From an uncultured Acidobacteriota bacterium (GTDB lineage Bacteria > Acidobacteriota > Vicinamibacteria > Marinacidobacterales > SMYC01), in assembly GCA_964553925.1 (NCBI GenBank), contig CAZKNR010000128.1, positions 2,017 to 66,016 on the forward strand: a stretch of 64,000 nucleotides of DNA. Direction: 5' to 3'. Every line of letters starts with the position of its first letter. Position 1 is the first letter of the stretch. Below are positions 46,703 to 54,157 of the stretch, one piece after another. Both the position numbers and the translations under genes were made by a program. The notes beneath the pieces were generated by a model, which was given only the letters and a program-made list of their open reading frames with translations, was not told where the DNA came from and made no database searches.

Positions 46703-48964
46703 GTGATGGCGCGAGCGAAGAAGGCTGCCGCGGTCGCTGTCCTTGCGCTTGCCGCTCCCGTGCTCTACTTGACGATCCTGCGCGACCGCAACAGCAGCCC
46801 GACGGGTTGGAACCTCGTCCTGGTGAGCGTCGATACGCTACGAGCCGACCACCTCTCGAGCTACGGGGCCACGTTCATCCGGACGCCTCATATGGATCGA
46901 CTGGCCTCCGAGGGCGTCCTTTATGAGAACGTCTCGACCGTCGCCCCCACGACCCTTCCCGCCCATGCTTCGCTATTCACGGGCCTGACCCCCCTCGCGC
47001 ATGGAGTCCACGACAACGTCGGGTTCTACCTCGACGACCGATTGCCGACACTCGCGGAGCACCTGAAGGGCCAAGGGTACGACACCGCGGCCTTCGTCGG
47101 CGCATTCGTCCTGGACTCGCGCTTCGGGCTCGACCGCGGCTTCGATCTGTACGACGACGACGTCGAAGGGGGGGAGGAGGACATCGCTTCCGGCTTCGTC
47201 GCCCAGAGGCGAGGCGCCGAGGTCCTCGAGAGCGCTCTCGCCTGGGTCGGCTCTCGCGGCGAGACCGCAGGTCCGTTCTTTGCGTTCGTTCACTTCTACG
47301 ACCCTCATACCCCGTACGAGGGGACGTACGAAGGGTCAGCGGGGTATCGAGCCGAAGTGGCGTACGTCGATTCGCTCGTGGGCCAGCTCCTCTCCTTCCT
47401 CGACGCGCGGGGACTGAGCGAACGAACCCTCGTCGTTCTCACCGCCGACCACGGGGAGTCCCTGGGCGAGCACGGCGAGGCGACTCACGGCCTCTTTCTT
47501 TACGAGTCGACCCTCAGGATCCCGTTGATTCTCCGTTACCCCGGAGCCCCGGCCGGAAGCCGCATATCGCGTCCTACCCACATCACCAGTGTCGCCGCCG
47601 AGGCCCTCGAGATCCTGCGGGTTTCGCCGATGCCCGTTCGAAGGGAGCAGCCCTTCTACGCGGAGACCTTCGTTCCCCGGCTTCACTACGGCTGGAGCGA
47701 GCTTCGGAGCCTGACCCGGTGGCCGCACAAGCTCGTGATGGCCCCCAAGCCCGAGCTCTACGACCTTTCGAAGGACCCGGGGGAAACGAAGAACCTCGTC
47801 GAGGAGCTGCCGGAAGTGGCGAAGGCCCTCGCGAGCGAGCTCGAGACCATGACCATGACGCCCGTCGTGCCGCGGAACGTGGATCGAGAGACGCTCGAAA
47901 GGCTGAAGAGCCTCGGCTATGCCGGCTCAGCCGCTCCCTCGACGGGCGAGCTTCCCGATCCCAAGGACCGGCTCGAGATCTATCGGGTCCTGAACGATCC
48001 CGCGACCCAGAGCCTTCGACCCGAGGACGGCGCAGCCTTCGAGAAAGCTCTCGCCGCCTTGAAGGACATCCTCACGCGCGAGCCTCGTATTCCGAGAACC
48101 TACGCGCTCTACGGCGAGCTCCTGCTTCAAGGGGGGCGAGCTAGGGAGGCCGCGGATGTTTTCCAGGAACTTGTGGCACTCGACAAGACGAGCTTCGAGG
48201 GCCATTACGGCCTCGGGGTCGCCGTCCAGAAATTGGGTCGAGAGGTTGCGTCAGTAGAGGCCTTCGGGAGAGCGGTAGAGATCGATCCTCGGAACACGAA
48301 GAGCTACTTGCGCCTCTCCGAGGTCGAGATTAGCCGCGGAAACCCGGATGCCGCGGAAGGTTGGCTGCGAAGAGCGATCGCCGTTCACGAAGATCGGGTC
48401 CTGGTGGATCGTCTCGCACAGCTGCTGCTGCAAACGGGAAAAGGCCCGGACGCCCGAAGGCTCCTGGAAGGGCTCGCCGCGAAGGCGCCGAACGACCCTC
48501 TAGCCGCGTACAACCTGGGACAGCTCCTGCTCGTGGAAGGAGAGACTGAAAGCGCTCTCGTCGAGCTCCGGCGGGCCGCCGCCCTCGCGCCTTTCGAGCC
48601 CGACGTGCACCAGGCGCTCGGAAGCGCCCTCGCGCTTTCTGGCAGCCGCGAGGAAGCGGTCGAGTCCTTCCGCCGCGCCGTCGAGCTCTCTCCCTGTTTC
48701 GCCGCCGCTCACGCGAATCTAGGCGCGGCCTATGCCGAGTTGGGCCGCCTTTCGGAGGCCGTCGCCGCGCTCGAGAAAGCTGTTTCCTGCGATTCGAGTT
48801 ACGCCGCCGGATTCAAGAACCTCGCCGCGATCCAGTTCCAAATGGGGAATTTGGACCGGGCCGTCGCCGCGATGAGGGGAGCTCTGAGAGCGAGTCCCAA
48901 GGACCCCGAGATCGAGGCGGCTCTCCGCGAGCTTCTCGCACTTCAAAGCCGCCACAAAAAATAA
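46703..48964 (+). CDS. Sulfatase-like (alkaline-phosphatase superfamily) enzyme fused to C-terminal TPR repeats (paralog 1)
   Basis: LVLVSVDTLRADHLSSYG, APTTLPAHASLFTG (Thr-type nucleophile, not CxPxR), LTADHGESLGEHGE. About 330 aa of TPR. Confidence 0.8.
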   Translation: MMARAKKAAAVAVLALAAPVLYLTILRDRNSSPTGWNLVLVSVDTLRADHLSSYGATFIRTPHMDRLASEGVLYENVSTVAPTTLPAHASLFTGLTPLAHGVHDNVGFYLDDRLPTLAEHLKGQGYDTAAFVGAFVLDSRFGLDRGFDLYDDDVEGGEEDIASGFVAQRRGAEVLESALAWVGSRGETAGPFFAFVHFYDPHTPYEGTYEGSAGYRAEVAYVDSLVGQLLSFLDARGLSERTLVVLTADHGESLGEHGEATHGLFLYESTLRIPLILRYPGAPAGSRISRPTHITSVAAEALEILRVSPMPVRREQPFYAETFVPRLHYGWSELRSLTRWPHKLVMAPKPELYDLSKDPGETKNLVEELPEVAKALASELETMTMTPVVPRNVDRETLERLKSLGYAGSAAPSTGELPDPKDRLEIYRVLNDPATQSLRPEDGAAFEKALAALKDILTREPRIPRTYALYGELLLQGGRAREAADVFQELVALDKTSFEGHYGLGVAVQKLGREVASVEAFGRAVEIDPRNTKSYLRLSEVEISRGNPDAAEGWLRRAIAVHEDRVLVDRLAQLLLQTGKGPDARRLLEGLAAKAPNDPLAAYNLGQLLLVEGETESALVELRRAAALAPFEPDVHQALGSALALSGSREEAVESFRRAVELSPCFAAAHANLGAAYAELGRLSEAVAALEKAVSCDSSYAAGFKNLAAIQFQMGNLDRAVAAMRGALRASPKDPEIEAALRELLALQSRHKK

Positions 48965-48989
48965 AGGGGCGCGGCCGAAGCCGCGCCCC
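48956..48989 (-). terminator. Rho-independent terminator for OMP paralog 2; the hairpin is shared with the convergent + gene
   Basis: Minus strand: GGGGCGCGGC-ttcg-GCCGCGCCCC, then TTTATTTTTT. Confidence 0.75.
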
Positions 48990-49013
48990 TCGGGTTCGAA
49001 ACGAGAGACCCGC

Positions 49014-51881
49014 TTAGAACTGGAAGCGAACGCCGAGCTTGAGGACGCGCGGATCCAGAGCGGCGATGATGTTGTTGAAGGTCCTCCCGGACGTGATGAA
49101 GAAGTTCGCCTCCGTGTTGGAGTTCATCACGTTGTAGACGTCGACGAGGCCGCTGAGCTTGTAGCCGCTACCGAAGGTAAAGCCCTTTTCCACGCGGATA
49201 TCGACGAGGGTGACCCTGTCGGAGTAGTTGTTGTTGATGTCCTCGAGGAAGACCGACTGGGTTCCCGAGCCGGGCACCGCGACCGGGTAGATGACCGCCC
49301 AGGGCCAGCCGCTCTGCATCCGCAGGTTCGCGGACAGAGCGATGTCCTTGGGCAGGACGTAGCGGCCGAGGAGACGGAAGTTCCAGTTCGAGCTGTCCTG
49401 GATGTTGTCGACCGACGGGTTGTGATTCTGCCAGAAGAGGACCGAGATCGGATCCGCGACGAGCGGGCTGGTGCTGACCGCCGCGGCCCGGCGGCGCTCG
49501 TTCCTCAACTGGTAGTCGAAGCTCGTCTGGACGAAGAAGTCCTCGGTGAACCGTCGCTGAAACGCGATCTGGAACGTGTCGTAGTTGTCGTCGTCGTACC
49601 CACCGGGGAACGTGTCGATGTTCGGCGCCTGCGCGTTGGCCGACGCATCCGGCACGCGCTCCAGACTGAGCGTCTGACCCGCGAACTGGCCGGGACAGCC
49701 GGTGCAGGTCGTGGTGAACGGAACTCCCCTCTCGAGAAGCGGGATCACCTGCGCGCGGTTCCAGGTGCCGAAGTCGTTCCGGAGCTGCTTTTTCACGTAA
49801 GAGAATCGCAGCGACGTGTCGGGCATGAGCTCATGCTCCACCGAGGCGCTGAACTCGTCGGCGTACGAAGGGGTCATGTTCGGGTTCACCGGGGTTCCCT
49901 GGGCGTTCGCAAGGCTCGATCCCACCGTGCCCGTCTGGCCGACTCGTGTCCCGAGCTCGCTGTCGCCGTCATAGAGCCCGTTCCGGTTCGGATCGAGGAA
50001 CTGGTAGGTCACGGTCGCGACACCCGCGGGGTTCCCGGTCGAAAGCCGGTCGGCGATGTTCTGGAAGTAGCGCCCGTAATGGCCTTTCAGGATGGTCTTT
50101 CCGGTTCCCGCGAGGTCATAGGTGACGCCTAGACGAGGAGCGAAGTTGTTCCAGGTGAGCAGATTCTGGCCCTCGATCGTCCCCGCGGGGAAGAACTGGG
50201 TGAGCTCCGGATTGAGCTCGGAGCTCTCGTAGGCGGCCGTTTGACGATGGAACCGGAATCCCAGGTTCAGCGTCATCCGGTCGTTCGGCGCCCAGGTGTC
50301 CTGAATGAAGAACGCGGTGTGGGTGTTGCGGTTGTCGTTCTGGTTCGCGCCGTCGGCTTTCACGTTGAAGAAGCGAATCTCGTTCACGTTGAACGGCCGT
50401 CCCAGGTTGCTGTTGTCCATGTAGCGGGTCGAGCCCGAGTTCGAGTTGAACCCGTACTGCGACGAGTCGATCTGCCAGTCAAAACCGATCTTCCAGTCAT
50501 GGCTTCCGCCCATGTTGGGCATGTAGTAGTTCGTGGTCGCCGTGACCTGGGGCTTCCAGCGGTCGAAGGTGAATGGCGGGCCGGCGGTGGGACCGACGTT
50601 CCATCCCGCGCCGCTCTGGCTGTTGTTCGAGATGTCGAACCGAGGCGGGTCGACGTCAGGATCGACCTTCGGCACCATGGGCCAGCCGAAGCCGAAGTGC
50701 TTGAGCTGGAAGTTCGTGAACATCCGGTCGCTCCAGACTCGCTGCCACTCGGCCTTGTGCACCCAGGACCAGCTGTCCTGCGAGAGCACCGCATCGGGCT
50801 CGATGGCCGCAGAGAGACCCCGGTTCGGCTTCTGCTTCAGGCCCCACTGGCTGTAGCCGATGAACTGGTCTTTTGGGGTGAGCTGGAACGTGACCTTGCC
50901 GCCGTAGCCGTAGAAGTTCCCGATGTCGGTCGCCACGTCGATCGGGACTCCGGAGATCGCCTTGTCGATCCGGAACCGGTTGAAGAAACCGTAAAACCAG
51001 GCCTTGTCCTTCACGATGGGACCGCCGGCATCGGCGTGGATCTCGTAGAAGATCAGGTTCGGGTTTCCGGTGTAACCGCGAGCCGCCGTCTCCTCGTCGA
51101 GGTTGTCGGCGACGAAGCTGTCGCCCTCGTAGTCCGCGTGAAACAGGCTGGAGAAGTCGTTACCCCCGCTCTTCATGGTCATCATGACGAAAGAGCCGGG
51201 CGCCGTCATCTCGACGTCGCCGCCGGCGGCCGTCGTCGTGAACTCCTCGACGGAGTAGTAGTCGTAGTAGAAGCCCGTTCCGCCGGTGCCCTCGGTCGAG
51301 TCGACGCCGTCGGAGAGGACACGGTTCTGGTTGCGAATGCCGAAGCTCTCGTAGCCCACCTGCTGGCTCTTGTGGCTTCCGCCGACGTCATAGCCCCGCA
51401 TACGCACGCCGGGGGTTTGGCTCAGCACCGCCCAGACGTCGGTCGCGCCCGGAACGTCCTGAAGCTGCGCGACCCCGAACTCGTTGCTGAGAGCGGTGTT
51501 GCGAACGTCGACGACGGGCGACTCACCGGTGACGGTGATCGTCTCGGCGACCGTCGCCACATCGAGCCCGGCGTCCACGGTGATGGTCCGCGTCCCGCCG
51601 ACGATGATGCCCTCGCGGTTCAGGGTTTGGAACCCCGCGAGCTCGAACATGAGATTGTACGATGCAGGCCGCAGCGCTCGGAACCGGTAGGTCCCGTCGT
51701 CCACGGTCACCGCCGTCTGCGCACCGAGAACGGCTTCACCGCTTAGAGTCACGCTGACGCCCGGGAGCACCAGCCCCTGCGCGTCCGTGACTTTCCCTTC
51801 GATCGCGCCAGTCGTCTGCGCGAAAGCCCCCGAAGCGAGGCCGAGCGCCACGACCGGCAGCACAAATAAGAGTCGACGCAT
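49014..51881 (-). CDS. Large outer-membrane beta-barrel, TonB-dependent-receptor-like with CarboxypepD_reg domain (paralog 2)
   Basis: MRRLLFVLPVVALGLASGAFAQ, GKVTDAQGLVLPGVSVTL, ITVTGESPVVDV, ends ...LKLGVRFQF. Collinear with 41447-44338 throughout. Start set to ATG 51881, 9 nt after AGGAGGA. Confidence 0.85.
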   Translation of the reverse strand: MRRLLFVLPVVALGLASGAFAQTTGAIEGKVTDAQGLVLPGVSVTLSGEAVLGAQTAVTVDDGTYRFRALRPASYNLMFELAGFQTLNREGIIVGGTRTITVDAGLDVATVAETITVTGESPVVDVRNTALSNEFGVAQLQDVPGATDVWAVLSQTPGVRMRGYDVGGSHKSQQVGYESFGIRNQNRVLSDGVDSTEGTGGTGFYYDYYSVEEFTTTAAGGDVEMTAPGSFVMMTMKSGGNDFSSLFHADYEGDSFVADNLDEETAARGYTGNPNLIFYEIHADAGGPIVKDKAWFYGFFNRFRIDKAISGVPIDVATDIGNFYGYGGKVTFQLTPKDQFIGYSQWGLKQKPNRGLSAAIEPDAVLSQDSWSWVHKAEWQRVWSDRMFTNFQLKHFGFGWPMVPKVDPDVDPPRFDISNNSQSGAGWNVGPTAGPPFTFDRWKPQVTATTNYYMPNMGGSHDWKIGFDWQIDSSQYGFNSNSGSTRYMDNSNLGRPFNVNEIRFFNVKADGANQNDNRNTHTAFFIQDTWAPNDRMTLNLGFRFHRQTAAYESSELNPELTQFFPAGTIEGQNLLTWNNFAPRLGVTYDLAGTGKTILKGHYGRYFQNIADRLSTGNPAGVATVTYQFLDPNRNGLYDGDSELGTRVGQTGTVGSSLANAQGTPVNPNMTPSYADEFSASVEHELMPDTSLRFSYVKKQLRNDFGTWNRAQVIPLLERGVPFTTTCTGCPGQFAGQTLSLERVPDASANAQAPNIDTFPGGYDDDNYDTFQIAFQRRFTEDFFVQTSFDYQLRNERRRAAAVSTSPLVADPISVLFWQNHNPSVDNIQDSSNWNFRLLGRYVLPKDIALSANLRMQSGWPWAVIYPVAVPGSGTQSVFLEDINNNYSDRVTLVDIRVEKGFTFGSGYKLSGLVDVYNVMNSNTEANFFITSGRTFNNIIAALDPRVLKLGVRFQF

Positions 51882-51964
51882 GATTTCCATTCCTCCTAAA
51901 TTCGTCCCTGAAAGACCGCCGTCAGGGGCGAAAGCGTTGGGCACCGGGACCGGCGGCGCTCTGG

Positions 51965-51994
51965 TATATAGCAAGCGATATGCCAGAGATTCAA
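51965..51994 (-). promoter_or_regulatory. Sigma70-like promoter (TTGAAT-N18-TATATA) upstream of OMP paralog 2
   Basis: Seen directly on the minus strand, about 85 nt upstream of ATG 51881. Confidence 0.35.
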
Positions 51995-52100
51995 AGGCGG
52001 GCCTCGAACTTAAGGCATTGAATAACCTGAAGTTGCACAGAGGCAAAAAAGGGGGGGCTTACGGGAATGATTCGGATATTCCGATCTCCGGATCCGTGAT

Positions 52101-53020
52101 TCAATTTGTTGGATCTATGACCCGCCATTCCCGGAGAAGTCCCCGCGCTTTCTGAAGGTCTTCCGCCGTAGCGACCGTCGGGGGCTTCCCGCACGAACCG
52201 CTCGAGGTAGAAGATGGCCTCCTGACGGGAGCGGTCGGAAAAAGCTCGAGCGGATTCAACATCGCATCGAACTGTGTCGAGCTCGAGGGCACGCTCGAGG
52301 TGCCGCACCGCCCCCGCCCCGTCCCCGCGCGCGAGAGCGAGGGACCCGAGGTTGTTCAACGCGCTCGCGGAGCTCGGATCGAGCTCGAGCACACGCGCGA
52401 ATTCCCTCTCGGCGTCTTCGGTTCGCCCCATCCGCGCGTAGGCCACTCCGAGATAGTTGTGCGCTTCCGCGAAGTCGGGGTGGTCGGACGCGAGGCCCTC
52501 GAGGAGCGCGAGCGCACGAGGTAGATCCGAGACCTCCATCAAGTACGAGCCGAGGAAGAAGCGAGAGATCGGTGACGCCTCTCGACGCGGCCTCTTCGAG
52601 AACCCGCACGGCTTCGGGGGTCCTTCCGAGCTGAAGGAGCGCGTAGGCAAGCTTCTGGTAGGCGAAGGACGAACGCGGTTGCTTCTCGAGGATCTCGCGC
52701 AGGGGCGCGAGCGCTTCCTCCGTCGGGCCATCCTGGAACCGATCGCTCGCCTCGTCGTGCATTGCCACGAAGGCAATGAGCCGTTTTGGGTCGTGTACGT
52801 CGTCTTGCGCTCGCGGGCGGTAGGCGCGACGAGATACCCAGGCTCTCGAGCCTCTTCATCGTCTCCTCATTGGCCGAAGTGCTCAATGGAGCCGCCCCCT
52901 GGGGCTCGCCCGGAGGCCCGTCGTCCTGGCCGACGTGGTGCGGCTCTGCTCCAAGAACGCCCTTTGACTCCGAGGTCGAAGAAGAGCGACGTTGAGGTTT
53001 TGGGACAGCTTCGTCTTCAT
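52101..53020 (-). pseudogene. Decayed 3' fragment of a sulfatase-TPR paralog (multiple frameshifts, internal deletion, sulfatase domain missing)
   Basis: Pieces in three frames align in order to the C-terminal half of 58254-60419. They are LFFDLG; ETMKRLESLG; DDVHDPKRLIAFVAMHDEASDRFQDGPTEEA...QPRSSFAYQKLAYAL; then EAHNYLGVAYARMGR...VLELDPSSASALNNLGSLALARG; then QFDAMLNPLEL; YLERFVREAP; AEDLQKARGLL. Confidence 0.6.
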
Positions 53021-54102
53021 CAAGACAGCACGTTCACGATGCAGTGAGTGTTGCCTCCGAGGGCATGAGTGACGTCGCGGAGCGGGCTCGGCTCGTAGCC
53101 CAGCTCGCGGTAGAGGTCGAACGCGACCGCTGCTTTGCCGCGGAGCGCTCTGCGGTCCACGACCGTCGCGTCTTCGCTCAACTCCCCGGGGAAGACCGGC
53201 AGCAGAACTCTCTTCCTTCCCGCCTCGCGGTCGAAGAAGGGCACGACGTTGACGGAGGAGCGGTAGCGCTCGAGATCCGACGCCTGGTGGTCGATAAACG
53301 AGACACGATAACCGAGCCCGCGGAGCTGGTCGGCGTAGTACCGGAGCTGCCGCGCTTCGGTCTCGAGACCGCCGCCCTCGAGCCGGCACGCGACCGCGAT
53401 CCGGTTCTCAAGAATGACGAAGGCCTGGTCGATGTGCTGGAGAAGCGGCGTCTGCGCCTCCTTCCCCATCTCGACGATTTCGATACCGCCGAACGTCGCG
53501 GCGACGTCGTCGAGCACCTGGCGCCGGGAGAGGGTCTCACCCGAGGCGGCGATAGTTCTCGAAATGTCGTTGCTGCCCACGAGAACAAGGCTCCTGTCGA
53601 ACGCCAGATTTCCACCCTCGAAGACGAACGGAGCTTCAATAACGGACTCTGCTCCAAAGACGATCTCGGCCACGCGCTTGCGATCGGCGGACATCTTTCT
53701 CGGGAGACCCATGGAGTTGGGCATCCTCCGGGCGACGAGGAAACGCTCTCGCCCTTCGAGGACGATGGACTCTCCGAGGTCCTGCGCCCAGAGCTCGATC
53801 TCGATCGCGGGGTCGTCCACGAGGTGAAGGCTCGCACCTTCGAATCCTGGCGGCTCTCGTCTCGCGACGATATCGACCGTCGTATAAGAAGGTAGGACGT
53901 TCCGTAGATCCCGAAAGGCGACCTCGAGGAACCGAGCAAGGGCCGCGGGATCGGTATCGCCCGAGGCATCGGGAAGGCAAACGAGCGCTCTCGAGAGCGT
54001 CCTTTCGTACTCGGGCCGCACCGGCGGCCTTTCGAGCCCCGGGAGCCGCAGAAGCGAAGCGGCGCCCATCCCGAGGATCTCCCGGCGGGTCATCTCGACC
54101 AT
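53020..54102 (-). CDS. Guanidino-group-modifying enzyme superfamily protein (agmatine deiminase / amidinotransferase-like) with Tat-type signal
   Basis: N-terminal MTRREILGMGAASLL twin-arginine motif. C-terminal GGNTHCIVNVLS resembles the catalytic-Cys end of agmatine/peptidyl-arginine deiminases. Confidence 0.55.
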   Translation of the reverse strand: MVEMTRREILGMGAASLLRLPGLERPPVRPEYERTLSRALVCLPDASGDTDPAALARFLEVAFRDLRNVLPSYTTVDIVARREPPGFEGASLHLVDDPAIEIELWAQDLGESIVLEGRERFLVARRMPNSMGLPRKMSADRKRVAEIVFGAESVIEAPFVFEGGNLAFDRSLVLVGSNDISRTIAASGETLSRRQVLDDVAATFGGIEIVEMGKEAQTPLLQHIDQAFVILENRIAVACRLEGGGLETEARQLRYYADQLRGLGYRVSFIDHQASDLERYRSSVNVVPFFDREAGRKRVLLPVFPGELSEDATVVDRRALRGKAAVAFDLYRELGYEPSPLRDVTHALGGNTHCIVNVLS

Positions 54103-54157
54103 CGAAGCGGAGTCTAGCCCAAGTGGTAGCGGCCGAGCCTTTGCGCTACTGTTTCTC

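Noticed and set aside
48990-49013. GGTTCGAA string reminiscent of a tRNA T-loop
   Set aside because: No acceptor, D or anticodon arms can be folded around it. It lies between a terminator hairpin and the OMP2 stop codon.
52883-53389. 168-aa minus ORF overlapping the 3' end of the Tat-signal enzyme gene
   Set aside because: Most of it is an out-of-frame Arg/Pro-rich read of that gene. Only its last part overlaps the pseudogene remnant, which is better explained by frameshifted homology to sulfatase-TPR2.
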